Source: Tubiluchus corallicola (lineage: Eukaryota > Animalia > Priapulida). Taken from it: 64,000 nucleotides of DNA. The stretch is taken from NCBI GenBank assembly GCA_030141605.1, contig JAQGDQ010000228.1, forward strand, positions 296,312-360,311, read 5' to 3'. Position 1 is the first letter of the stretch. Every line of letters begins with the position of its first letter. Below are positions 1 to 13,165 of the stretch, piece by piece. Both the position numbers and the translations under genes were made by a program. Below the pieces are notes generated by a model that worked only from the letters and a program-made list of their open reading frames with translations, was not told the DNA's origin and did no database searches.

Positions 1-39
1 TTATTCAAAAACATGCCCAAAGACAAATTTTTAACCAAA

Positions 40-600
40 GGTGTACAACCGGGATCGGTACTGGGACCTTTGCTTTTCGTTGTTTTTATAAACGATTTAC
101 GATTATAAACGCTGACACATGGATAAACTGTAAATAACTGAAATGCGATCTTGAAATGGAATGAGATTTCTTTTTACCAAGTCTAAAATAATCTCAGTTG
201 GTGATGGTTATGTGTTTGATTATTAACTGGTCAATGAAAATGACGCTCCAGTTTCTTCAACTTATTCATAATCTGAGCGTTTCTTGGATTATCATACTCT
301 GACCAATTAAAGAAAATTAGGTTGACTACTCTAAGTTATAGATGTCTAAGAGGTTAGCTAATTCCCTGTTATAAATTATTAAATAAAGTTTATTTGACAA
401 ATATGTCACCATTACAGTTTGAGCAAATCGTACTGTCTTCGAGCAGTGTGTTGCACCAACCTCGTGCAAAGCACAAAACTGGTTATCACGATTCCTTCTT
501 GTGTACGATAAGTGTGCCCATTTGGAACAAGCTTCCTGCGTCAGTTAGACGTTCACTGTCGATAAACGTTTTCAAGAATTCATTAGATGAGCACTTTGGG
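40..600 (+). mobile_element. Degraded non-LTR retrotransposon (LINE, CR1/L2-like) reverse-transcriptase fragments
   Basis: 40-100 translates GVQPGSVLGPLLFVVFINDL (RT motif); ~520-590 gives WNKLPASV...FKNSLD, typical of a LINE ORF2 C-terminus; frames are broken. Confidence 0.7.
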
Positions 601-761
601 GAGCATTCGCGCTCTAAATTGATCACCGAGCTTTGTTGTTGCCGCCACCTCCATATATGTTTGACCACATATTGTACTAATTCAAATTTCGTATGCCATG
701 TCATTAAACTTGTATTTGAATCACGTGTCCTAAAATTTTACAAAACTACGAGAATAATAAT

Positions 762-933
<172 letters not shown>

Positions 934-1396
934 ATATTTAATATTTTGAACCCCGCTAAGGGCTTCTTCGTTAGTGTAAAAATAGCAATATGCAAATTTT
1001 TCAATACAGAAACACTTTAAGATCCGGAGCCTGCCAAATTACAAATAAAAACTTCTAAAAACTCCAACAATAGTTATACAAATAGCATGTGACCAAAAAC
1101 TGCACTCCGCTCTTATTTATATTTATGTTTCTTTTGATCCTTTTGTGTAAATGGATAAGCAAAATGGAAACAGGGTCTTAGTTCCGGGATTTCTCTTAAT
1201 TTCGGAATTGGGATCAAGTACGTGCCTTATTAGCTTGATTTGAGCATTACGGTTGATAAGCTATTCAGTCTTAAAATGAATCCTATGATTTTGGTAACGA
1301 TAGTCCGACTATAACGCACTTACTGACCTGTTTACCACATCCAGGACCAGTTGAATGTTCACAATTTAAAACAGCTTTTAATTTTAACGAACGTAC

Positions 1397-1882
1397 CTGG
1401 TGCGCCTGGCCATCCTTGTTCACCTTTATGACCTTTCATTCCTTTCATTCCTTTCATACCTTTAGGTCCAGAAGGCCCAAAAGGTCCAGAAGGGCCAGGT
1501 GGCCCAGAAAGTCCAGATGGGCCACTAGGTCCAGTAGCCCCAATAGGACCAGATGGGCCAGGTGGACCTGAAGAACCAGAGGGGCCAGCAGGTCCAGAAG
1601 ACCCAGAGGGTCCTGGTTGCCCAGAAGGACCAGGAGGACCTGAACGACCAGATGGGCCAGAAGGACCACGTTCTCCAGAAGGTCCTGAAGCCCCAGAGGG
1701 TCCTGGTTGCCCAGAAGGACCAGGAGGACCTGAAGTACCTGAAGGACCACTTGGTCCTGTGTCACCAGAAGGGCCACTGGAACCAGGAGGACCAGAAGAT
1801 CCACTAGGACCTGATGGACCAGTTTCACCACTAGGACCAGGGGGACCTGAGGGTCCTGGTGGACAATTGCAGCCGTTGTGTT
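1397..1882 (-). CDS. Collagen triple-helix exon (Gly-Pro-Ser-rich secreted collagen)
   Basis: Acceptor ttttttacag, donor gtacgt; 486 nt, phase 1 to 1; encodes (E)HNGCNCPP then 51 uninterrupted Gly-X-Y triplets. Confidence 0.93.
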
Positions 1883-2059
1883 CTGTAAAAAAACAACAAC
1901 AACAATAAAAAATAATTTCACATAAAATTCTAGTAACTGGGTGTCTGTGATTTTCTGGGTGTCTGTGATTTTTTGTGTCATGCATTAAGCAAGTAACTAA
2001 GTAAGTAAATAATTTATATGTCGTTGATTTTTTTTACTGGATGACAATAAACAAAAGCA

Positions 2060-3700
2060 AAAATATAATAAGAAAGAAAAAAGACGGGGTGGCGAAAAGA
2101 CCAACGGTCACCAAGTCAGCCACCTCTATACAAAATTAGAGAAAATTGAATGACCTGTTAAGTAGACATAGATAAATAAATATAAATTATCAATCTGAAA
2201 ACAAAAAGAAAAATAAGGATAGTTTGACACAAATTAACAAAATGAGTTCAAATAAGGTTAAAACTAAAAATGGCTAACAACAAACAAAAGTAGATAAAGT
2301 GAAACAAAATTAAAATTAGCAAACAGAACCAAAATTTAAAATGAAGAACCAAGAAACAGAATGAAAGCAATGCTAAACTGTAGTTGTATCAAACATAATC
2401 AGTTGAGATCGGGTTAAAATTGAAAATGGCAAACAAAAGATAAATATTGTTATTGAGATGAAACACAATTAATTACAAAACCAGAATTTCAATTTAAAGA
2501 AACTCAATCCATCGTATGAACCAAAGAATGAAAGCAAAATCAGACTGTCAAAACTGAAAATCATTAAATTAAAAATAGTTTAGGCGAGAAATAAAATAAA
2601 CGAATCCAATAATCAAACAATAATAAAAAAGGCATGGTGTAAAAACATGTTAAGTTTAAAAGTAGTTTATTTATTTTGGTAAATTGGAGTCCATGCAAGA
2701 TAGTGGTATGCCAAAGAATAAAAGCTTAATGCCGAATATTATTTTTTTCAGAGTATGGGGGATATATAATGAATAGCTATCAGACGATAAAATAAATCTA
2801 GTAGTAATTTAGAAACGAAGCAGCGAAAATGGGGTGGTAAAGATTTCTTACTGAATTTCCTTAACTAAATAGCATAGTTCCCAATTTGATACAAACGAAT
2901 TTTTTTCGTTGCAGTGTGCAATATTTGGGAGTCTGTGATTTCAGAAGGGAGACTATTGTAAAGTTTGACACCATTATGGTGGAGAGAGTTCAAAGTATGT
3001 TGGGTCTTGAACCTACTTTGAAAATAGTGGCCTTTATTTGGGGATCTCGTGGAATGTGAATGGACTTCTCTTATTTTTAAAAAGTAATACTTGTATAAAC
3101 CTGGCAAAGTGGTCTGTGTTGTACCTGTACATAAATTTAAAGAGTTCCAACCTAGATGTATATATATATCGTAAACTTTTAGTATATTTAACTGGTTATA
3201 TGAAGGTGCACCTTGAGCTATGTAATGAGAGAATGTAATCAGTTTAATAATTTTGTTTTGTACAGTGATAAGTGGTTGTAATATGTATTTGCTTTGTTTT
3301 CCCCCATCACAAAATGCCATACTGTAATTAGGGACATATGAAAGCGTAATGTATCATTTTGAGGATTGGTACAATAACAAATAACGTAGTTTTGCAAATA
3401 TGCCTACAGTCTTACTTAGTTTTGTTGTTATAGTATTAATATGAGTCTTGCATTTCATATTACTATCAATTTGGAGCCCAAGGTACTTTATGCAATTGGT
3501 CAATTGGTTTGAATTAAGTCGTAGTTACCTATTTTTAAGTTAAACAAAGAATTCTTATTTTGTGGCATTTTCTTTCCTATTAGCATGTACTTAGTTTTTG
3601 AAAAAATTATTGACAATTTGTTGGCTAACATCTAATTATTTACTTTTATTAATTCACAATTAGTTTGGTTTTGGAGATACTGTAGATTGGTGTCAGAAAG
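2060..3700 (-). mobile_element. 3' portion of a CR1/L2-group LINE (RT C-terminus plus T-rich 3' UTR) in the collagen intron
   Basis: ORF 2865-3320 has LITVQNKIIKLITFSHY...LNILKVYDIY...HSHSTR...GVKLYNSLP; 3' stem-loop motif near 2085-2130. Confidence 0.8.
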
Positions 3701-4215
3701 GAATAAACTCGTAGGCAGATAATCGGGCTTTTAAGTTAGAAACGCTTATTCGTATATAATTGGTACGCCATGCAAACTAGTTAACCTATAATCTATATTG
3801 TCCTTCCTTCCTCTGTGTCCTGTACCCGATGTTACTCCACACTAATCGCTTCCCACACTAGATAGAATTAAAAAAAGTTCATTAGATATAATAAACCACA
3901 AACAACGACACAATATGGTTGCGTTGCAGTAGCTTAACTGGCCAAGATGTTCAAGATGGCATTCATTCAAGTAGTAACTATGCTTTGTTAAATATAATAA
4001 ACATACTATTCTATGGATATCGTGAATAAGGATTAATGATTTATGTTATGCATAAATGGTTGTTATTATTTTTACGTAGTTATTATCTGTATTAAGCAAG
4101 TAAGTGCTTTCAGCACATTTTATATTATATACTTACTGTGGGCTTAAGTTCAAAATAAAGAATTAAACCAAACTGAATTAGTATTCCGTAACGGATTTGC
4201 ATACGTTTTCTGCTA

Positions 4216-6340
4216 TGTTACGTCATGAGTTAATTAGCACACAATACCCTCAAGAACAAAGGATATGTATTAGATGATAGTAACTATGGGCACTTAGAAA
4301 CTTAGTGCGCATGCTTCACACGTTATGTGGGCAATTTAGTCAGACCTAGATCATTGGTAACTAAAACTCCGAGCTGGTAACATCTATCACCTTTGAAGTA
4401 ATTGATTTGATATTGTAATTAGTGTTTTGGACTTGCGATAAACGGGTGTAGGTGTAGCACTTCTTAGCCATCTTGGTGGTTAGTTAGTGAAGTTTTAGTT
4501 AAGCTAGTGCAACGTAGCCATCTTGTGTCGTTGTTATATTTAGTGGGGTATGGGTGTATATCTAATGAACTGTCAGAAATTTGTTTATACCTAGCGTGGG
4601 AAGCTATTAGTATAGTGTAACATCAGGTATAGGACATACAGAGGAAGGAAGGACACTGCTTGAATACAGATCAACTATCAGCATAGTGTACTAATTAGAG
4701 AATAAGCGTTTCTTTCTTTGAATTAACAGACTAGAGTTGTTGATTACTTAGCTATAATCCCGTATTGCTGTTTGAGTTGTTCTGATTATTTTATTGTCAC
4801 GAGATAGCTTGTGGGGCTAGCACGTAATATTTGGGGACTCGTCCGAGATAGAATTACTTGAGCTTTACTGAGCATTGAGTGATTATAGTAAGTTGATCAT
4901 CTTTCAAACACGTTGGAGTTTGATGTTGAAGTTTTTGTGCCATCTCCAGCTCTTGATACGTTAAGAAAATTAAAGGTTCAAATAGTCGTTAAGGTGAAAT
5001 TGAACTGGAGTTACAGAATGAAAAAGGCGGAATTGCAACAGGTGCTAGTGATGACGAAGCAAGTATTGAAATTGAATTTGAAGGAGGTGGGGATGCAGAT
5101 AGAGATGAAAAGATTAAAACTGAAGGAAAGAAAGGCTGTGGAGAGAATTGAGGAAAGAAGGGCTGAGTGGGAATTGGCGAAAGAACAGCTGAGAGGGAAT
5201 CTAAAGGGATTTTTGACGGATTTGTTGGAGTTGTTGGAGGTGAAAATACAGGAAAGTTTGTTAAGATTCTCAGAGACACTGGAGCTGCTGCTGCGTTAGT
5301 TTTGTTGGAGGATGCTTTGCCAGTACCAAAGACAGTGGTATGACAACAGCATACCATTGTCATGATTCACGCCCCGTGCCTCAAGTCGAACATGCATCCC
5401 CGATCAGTTGAGGTCGCAGTAAGTCCAAGTTTGCCTTCAGGAATTTCAAAGGTGTTGGGAAACGATTTGGGTAAGGGCATAACAATGGAGCCTTATTGTC
5501 TGCTGCACCGTACCTAGGACTAATGTAGCGGAAATTGATTAACTCAGTGTATTTTCAGCCTGCGCAGTTGCGAGAGCAATGGCCAACAGTGCAGAAAATG
5601 AAGAACAGGAAGGGGTAGTGGATCTGTCAGAAACATTTGTGTCGCTAATTAAAAAGAAGAGAGGAAATCACGAGAGACGGAGCAGTTTGCAGAAAATATA
5701 GAGGGAAGATCAGAAGGCTGACATAGTGAAATAACTTCACGACTCGATCAAATGAAAGAGAACCAAAAGACAGATGTAGAGATCGGTCCTCTTCTGGACA
5801 AACTCATAAGCGAGGAGAGAACTATCCAGTTGGTTAATTGGTTTACTACCTACAAGAGAGTGTATTAATGCGGTTGTGGCCACCCATAGATGCGGCAGAA
5901 GTGGATTAACTCTGTATGGGTGTTGCCTAATAGGTGTGGAATCACCAACATTTACATCATAATATGTAACATCAGTACGCTTGGGCACATCAGGAAATCC
6001 TTATGCTTCATTAGAAGGTTTTTCAAATCTTAAATCTGAGTGTCCTCTAAATTCTTCAACTTCTCATGTAAGTTGGTCAATATTTCATCGTTACTTAACT
6101 TCAGGGAATAACTAGACTCACTAGTAACATGATCTGGATCTACATAATCGCCAAATAACATTACAAACAGTTTGAGAGCTCACAAAGCGGAAATCCTGAA
6201 ACAGGCACGCGAAGTTCCAATGCGCGGTCATTTGGGTACTAACAAAACAAGGAAAAGTACTTTTGAACAGTAGTAAGAAAGAGTGTTGCAGAATGTTGCA
6301 CAACGTGTCAAATATGTCAGGCTGGCAAAAATTTCGAACC
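4216..6340 (+). mobile_element. Degenerate Gypsy-type (Gmr1-like) LTR retrotransposon relic
   Basis: LTR 4216-4829 (TGTTACGT...ACGTAATA); PBS TGGGGACTCGTCCGAGAT at 4832-4849, 2 mismatches to the tRNA-Pro PBS; gag-like ORF 4913-5299; integrase zinc-finger remnant GHLGTNKT...CTTCQICQ at ~6190-6325; inverted RT N-terminal piece (PIRQHPYRVNP) at ~5890-6000. Confidence 0.8.
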
Positions 6341-6798
6341 ATAGCTGCATTATTGACACTTATAGTAACTAAAATTTATTCAACATTCTATAAAATGCAT
6401 TTGTTTATGTTACATTTGGCACTTTGAATTAATAAATTGGAGCTGTTGATTTTCAAATAAAAATGTAAAATAAAATAAAATTATATTGCGATATATGGGC
6501 AAAACTATTGCGGTATTTCGCTAAAATTTTCGGACGATTTTAATTTGTGAATTTCTACTTGATCCAGTTTTGCGATAAAAAACTGGATAACTGCGACACT
6601 TGCGATATTTGCTGCATTAAGTCTTAATGATACGACAAAGCACAAAGTCAAAGAACTGCGTATTACTTTATCAAGAAAACTGTAGTAGTAAAAGCAGTAA
6701 TGACGGCAGTGGCAATGATGAAGATGATAATAATGCTGAACACGCTAATATGTAGTATTAATCCTTAATCATTAAAAATGTATAGCTAAATTGATTAC

Positions 6799-6916
6799 CT
6801 TCCTCTTCTTCTTCTTCCTCCTCCTCCTGTGATAATACATGTGTGAACCGAGAAGTTATCAACGCCAGTGTAAACCAATACAGGCATCCACGAGTCCCGG
6901 AAATAAATGCCAACAT
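6799..6916 (-). CDS. Collagen first coding exon: signal peptide plus poly-Glu
   Basis: tttcaag|ATG; MLAFISGTRGCLYWFTLALITSRFTHVLSQ followed by E9; phase-1 donor G|gtaatc joins in frame to exon 1397-1882. Confidence 0.75.
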
Positions 6917-7049
6917 CTTGAAACACAAAATAACTTTCAAGAAACAGATAAAAACTGATGAAAAAAATGTTGAAATACCCCAAATGTTTCTACAATTTCT
7001 GTGAAATATCTATGATCATTAGTACCCCCTTCTGTTTGTTTCTCTCTCT

Positions 7050-7940
7050 TATGGTATGAAACCAGCTCTCTAGCTAGTATAAAGCGAAAGAGTAGGGTAC
7101 ATTGCGAATATTTAAACAGTAAATCGATTGAAGTATTGAACTCGTATAAGCGCTATAAAAATAAGGTTATTACATTGATTAGAACTGCCGGTCGTGATTA
7201 TTTTCACAATAAGTTAAATGAAAATAAGCACAACATTGCCATGTTTGGGAAAAAAATTAAGCAAATCATAAGCAAGAGGTAATATTCAATAAACAACGTT
7301 TAAAAATAACGGTAGCGAAAACGAGATAACAGATTCGACAGCAATTGCTAAGAATTTTAACATTTTTTGTAAACGTTGGTCAAAACGTAGGAAACAAACG
7401 AAGGAAATTTCTATCCTTAACAGAGATCCTTCTTACTACATGAAATATGGTTTAGGTGACCGTGTATTTCACGACCCCCACTAACCGATAATGATGCAGA
7501 AAAAATTAAATTATCTTTAAAAAATAGAATAACCCCTGGCTCGGGATGACATAACCACTGAAACTTTAAAATGATTCTACTGACATTACGTTTTAACTTG
7601 TCATTTACATCTGGCGAGGTGCCAAAAAAATTAAAGTTAGCTAAAGTAAGCCCCATATACAAAAACCAAAAAAAAGAATCATACTGTTTCACTAACTACC
7701 GCCATGTTTCTCTACTCCCGATGTTGCCCAAGCTGTTAGAAAAACTTATGTATACAAGATTAATCAAATTTGGAAATGAAAATAATATGCTATATATGTA
7801 TCAGTTTGAATTTCGCGAAACATTTTCCACAGAAATTGCCTTGTTATTACCGTTAGACAAAATTAGCAATGCAATAGAAAATAATGAATAGAACAGCTTC
7901 TTGATATAAAAAAGGCATTCAACACAGTAAACTACGCGAT
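7050..7940 (+). mobile_element. LINE ORF2 (RT) fragment
   Basis: KLAKVSPIYK...NYRHVSLLPMLPKLLEKLMYTRL...YQFEFRETFSTE, followed by KKAFNTVN; frameshifted. Confidence 0.85.
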
Positions 7941-8323
7941 TTTTATGCAGTTTCAAAGATGCAAGATCACGATTTTTTTACATTGCGATCAACATGAATG
8001 AATCCTGTTACCAGTAAAACGTTCGGCAAAGCTAATAATGTTGCACAAGTTGCTGTACTTGCAGCCGTCTTGCTACCTTCTTGAAATCCTAAATGGTGTA
8101 ATGTTCTAGGATATTTTGAGCATTAGATGTTGATTCTTGGTCTTGAAAACCAACATCAAAATTATTACAAAGTAACTTTTTTCGTCATTTCTAAAAAGTG
8201 ACTGTATTAAAGGTTGGCTTTAACGCATATTATGTTCATTTTATACTTTGCTAAAGTCACTCTTCACATTCTGTACAGATCATAGCTATAGACATTTATT
8301 TCACACTTTTCCCAAAATGCATA

Positions 8324-9987
8324 CGCATGGAGCTCCCGAAGAGTCACGTTGAGAAAACTTAATAATTCGTGGCCACGAATTACTAATCCGTGTGCACAAA
8401 ATACTAATTTATGGCCTCGAGATACTAATCCGTGCGCACGAGATGCTAATTCCTGGCCACGAATTAATATGATCGTGCACAGAGATTCAGGTTAATGAAT
8501 GACAACAGCTGCAAGTAGCTATACTTCACTTATCAGTTTCATGAAAAACTGAGTTAAACTTGACATTAACGAGATGCTCGCCACTTGCCTATCCCTGGTC
8601 CGATACGGATTCGCTAATGTGTGACCCCAGCAGTTTGCCCTGTTTTCACATTTTGGCTTCCAGCTCAGGCCTATTCTAGCTGAGCGCCTACACCAGATTT
8701 TTACCTTGTAAATTTCATTAATCTATGCACCATAACTTTACAGTTATTCAATGTTACTACAGTTTGGCTTCTATCTGGGAATTTTAAAGTATTCAAACTC
8801 TTTAAAAGGCGAGGCACGTATCTACCCCATGCGTTTCTAAATACACGTAAAAAAATTTTGAATTTCGCTCAACTCCCTGGGAGGAGATGAATGACAATTT
8901 TAAAACTGATCATTGTCCAGTGTATTTTTCAGGGCACCACACCATGATTATGGCTCTTACCCTAGGTATGTACTTTGCAAGTTTCATAACTACAGTTTAG
9001 CCTGTGTTATTTAAAGTTATGGCTCGAACTGACCTACGTCCTGAATGTCCTGCGTGCCTTCGATCATTTGACTGAGATCACTGTACAACACAAATTTCTA
9101 ATTTTCACATAGTGGCGCCTGTCTCAGGCCATTAAAGAATCCCAGCTTTTTAAAACCCAGCTGCACCTCCCGTTTTCACGAAAAATCTAGTAAGTCCATT
9201 TTGTTGCAAAATTGAGTTGTTGGTATCAGGGCATATTTAGTACCATGGTCTATCTCTCCACCGAACGATTTTGACGTTTGTTAAGCGAGTTGTTGACAAA
9301 TTAAGAAACCCAGTAAGTGCATTTTTCGCTGAAATTTGCAGACAGACCTAGCAAGTCAGTCTACATGAGTGTCCATTTCAGCCATTCACGATGCGTTTTG
9401 CAATTGTGCAGCCAGGAGCCGCTCTGTAGGGGAACAGTTGGGTTGGTTGAAAAGTGAACCAGTTTTTCTCGTTTGTTCAAAATTTATTAACTTACTAGGT
9501 ATTTCCGGAAAACGAAAGACATCTGCCCTTAAATATAGTAACTTTCTTCCCCCACCCCGTGCTTTAGAAAAAAATTAAATTCAAATTGGTTTTGGTCGAA
9601 AAATGAGGCGTCCATTTCATTTAATCGTGGGAAATACGTGATTGAGCAAAAATGACCACCAAGTTAGACAATCCAGAAACTCTGCCACCAAAAAAGTCAA
9701 TATTCAAAACTCTAAATTAGGCAAACTTAATAATTTTAATGTAAACAATCTTAAAAAATAAGAACGGTAAAAATCTGTAAGCGAATTATTATACGTACTT
9801 TTTCCGTTACAAGTTTTAAGCTATATGATGGGCAAATAAACGCATATTGAAGATTTAAAACCTCAAAACATGATTAGTTTGATTTCTTCTGCCATAACGC
9901 CGTTTCGGTAATTACATTATGTAATTAATAATTCGTGGCCACGAGTTAGTAATTTTTCTTAACGTTGCCCTTCGGGGGCTCCATGCA
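8324..9987. mobile_element. Non-autonomous DNA transposon (MITE-like) with ~60-bp TIRs and TA flanks
   Basis: Left ta|cgcatggagctcccgaagagtcacgttgagaaaac and right aacgttgcccttcgggggctccatgca|ta are imperfect reverse complements; five 21-bp subterminal repeats at ~8364-8468; a partial copy lies at 57324-57400. Confidence 0.75.
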
Positions 9988-10108
9988 TAAGTGTTAGACC
10001 TATATGAAATGCTTGGAAATTTTAATCAATGTCTAAATGTTACACAACATCTTAATATACACGCCACGTTTGGACAACATATAAACCTGGACAGATACAA
10101 AAACTTAC

Positions 10109-10159
10109 CTTGGTTTTTTTCTTTTTCCTCTTTCAGTACAGCTGGTGAAACTGAATTGG
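10109..10159 (-). other. Probable upstream exon of the collagen gene (5' UTR or alternative coding exon)
   Basis: Acceptor tgtgtttttag and strong donor AAG|gtaagt; 51 nt; one frame reads NSVSPAVLKEEKEKNQ. Confidence 0.5.
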
Positions 10160-13100
10160 CTAAAAACACAAAAATATCACTTGATTCAGGATCAAGCAAA
10201 GAAAAGGCAAAATGTCCACAAAATTGTTTATTAAATTGAATTTGTTTAACTGGAAAGTTTGATTAAATTTAAAATCATTTCATAATTTTTACAATGCTTT
10301 TTAATATTGAAAAGATTTGCTTTGCATACGTTTTACCTTAGAATACGAATTCTAGTCGGAAAAGTTCCACAAAACTGATTTTTACCATAAATCAATCTTA
10401 CAAACAATGTTGGAGCAAGACACAAACCTCATAATAAAAAATGTTTCTGTTTTGTCTCACTCTAGAGCTGCGGCCAGTGATTTCATACATTTGTGTTTTC
10501 CCTTGTGATTTTATTTGTTGTGCATCTATGTTTATTCAATGTGATTGTATCTTATTTCAAATATGATGTTTTATGTGTCAATAATATAAAAATTCCACCC
10601 AAAACTTAATATCAGTAATTATATGTCATATTTTCTTCTTTTTTCTTTATATTTTTTTATACTTCCCTTCTTCTTCTTTCTTCACCCGAATATAATCGTA
10701 TTATCACCATAGTGGTTTGTATTGTCTTGTTTCCCTTATTTCTTAATTCCGGATTCTTTTTTCATTAATTAAAAGGAAATGAAAAACAAAATTATCGTAC
10801 TTACGACTGTAACCTCCACCAAAACTTTCCAGAAGTATTGCGCTTGTTGCTCGCTAGTAATGTTATTGCCAATTAAAGTTACTTTCGTGTAATACTTTTG
10901 TGAATCAGATTTCGCTTTTATTATTTTGATGAGGCGAAGTTTGCCATGCGGTAACAAAGCGCTTGTCAGTGAACTTTATTAACTAGCCGCTAGCAAAACT
11001 TTAACTGATTTGGATGGGCAATGTCACCCGCGAAGTTATGTTGAAGCAAATTTTTGAATTTCCTTTTCGACTGTTTTTTTAATCACTACTGTTTAACACT
11101 ACTTGCCTACAATAGACATAATATTTTCATGTGTATTTCATAATTCCTGTAAATGTGTATAATTTAGGCCTATGCAATAAAGATTATATATATCTTACTG
11201 TAAATGTGTATAACTTACGCAATAAAGATACTATATATAAGTATTGTGTTTATTTATAGTGCGGTTGCTTATTATTCAATGTGCAATTTTTAGCAGAGAA
11301 ATTCCCCCTTGAGACACAGCAGTAGTCATTAGTAGCATTCTTGCACACCATAAAAAAAATTTGGGTGGGCATCACTAAATGGTGGCCACTCAATTTCATA
11401 CCCATTTTTGAAAATGGTGAAAACTTGCGTATTTTGAAAGAAATGATCTTTTCATTTGGTTTAATTTATATTAAAACAAGACAATAGTAAGAGTTTCTTG
11501 TTTTAGTGATGTTTATTGTATGTTATTATTATTATGCCAATTCAAAATTATCCTCTGTGGCCAATATTTTCGATTATCGATAGCAGTCGCTAGTTTACAA
11601 ATGCTGCAATAGATTCTGGAAATTCTGAATGGGAAGATCTTGTAGAAGCTTTTAAGCATCAGATATGGATTCCTAAGTCCATACTTAGACACAAAATCAT
11701 CGTCCTTCCTGCGCTAATACCAGCTAAAGATATGCCCTTCGTAAACTAGTGGCAGCCATATTTTGTAGGCCATTTTGAAAATAACACCGTTCTGCTGAAC
11801 TGACATTTTGCGCCATTTTTAAAACTCCTGCAAGAGGCTAGACCACGCTTACAGAAAGTCTACCTAGGTTGTTCTTACCTCAAGTGACTGACTGTACAAA
11901 GGGGTCAAATGATTTGGTCCTAAAAATCCTATCAGGACTCTATCCAAGGACAGGTTTAATTCTAGCGGTTGCCTTCGGCATAAAATAAGCAGCTAGAAAT
12001 AATTAAAGGTCACGCAGTTAGTAGTCACGTAAAATGGGTATTGTTCGTAATTGTGAATTTTTTAATTAATTTATCTATCTATTGTCATCAAAAGAAAAAA
12101 GAGAATGATAACGAAATCCTCGTTACATAAATTTCCATTTGACCTGCATGTATTATCTTTTGCTATATTGGTATTTTATTTGATTTTATTATGCGGCGTG
12201 CAGAGTACATTCCGCCTATGGCTAAAATTCTTCCCGTTAGAATTGAAATTCCTAATTGGGAACCAAATTTCTACTAGTTTGAGAACATTCTGTAAGTGGG
12301 ATAGCAATCTGAAATCACAAGTCTAGGCAATTATAGCAAACTTACATAACCCTTCGGGTTGATATTTAGGTATCACTTGTTCGATAGTAAAACTTTCATG
12401 TAAAACAAAAAAGTACTGCAATATTGCAATATGCTACTTATACTGACGTAACCTTAGGCCGTTACATTTTGTTCTTATTATTTACTAAGGATTTACTCGA
12501 CTCCGTCTACTCTAATGATACCATTCTGTGTAGTAAATACCAGAATGCTATGCTAATTCAACTAGTAATTAAAAGTATTTCGCCTACTTGACAGTAATCC
12601 AAATTTGGCTTTTACATTTCATGCAGCTCTGAGGTAGGGTGTTCTTGGCTGGATGCTATCTTCGATTACTTTCATGTAGATTTACATTACGTTTGCTATA
12701 AACTTTCTCAAAAATATTTTTATCATTTCCTTTTAGTCTTATTATATAAAGCCGGCAGCAATAGGCTATGTTCACAGAATAGTTATTATGATGGCTATAA
12801 CCCCTACGCCGGCAGGTGATAAAAAATAGTGTATATGTTCGTGTCATCAAAAGCAGAGCAGAGAGAGTTCTAAGAACTATTACAAGTGTTACTAGTCTCT
12901 GTACCGATTATACCTAGCTTGCTTACTTAACGTAAGCAAAATTTTTTTATTTACAACTTTTCATCATTACATTTAAAGTGAATGACCTGTTTTTATACCT
13001 TGCGGACAAATAACATCGTGTTGGCATTGCCACTCTATTTTTGTACTTTTGCACGTGAGATGATTTGTACTCTTACTGCCGGGTTTTTCGTAGATGTTTC

Positions 13101-13165
13101 CTGATGTTAAACATTTAACAGAGTTCACGCTGCTTGTAAGAAGATTTTACTTCCTATTGCAAATA

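Noticed and set aside
1329-1361. Possible next collagen mini-exon (HSTGPGCGKQ) with a gtcagt donor
   Set aside because: The preceding intron would be ~36 nt and end in TG rather than AG
1454-1981. Alternative-frame and antisense ORFs over the collagen exon
   Set aside because: By-products of repetitive Gly-X-Y codons
8364-8468. 21-bp palindromic repeats resembling a CRISPR array
   Set aside because: No unique spacers, eukaryotic context, and they lie inside a transposon end
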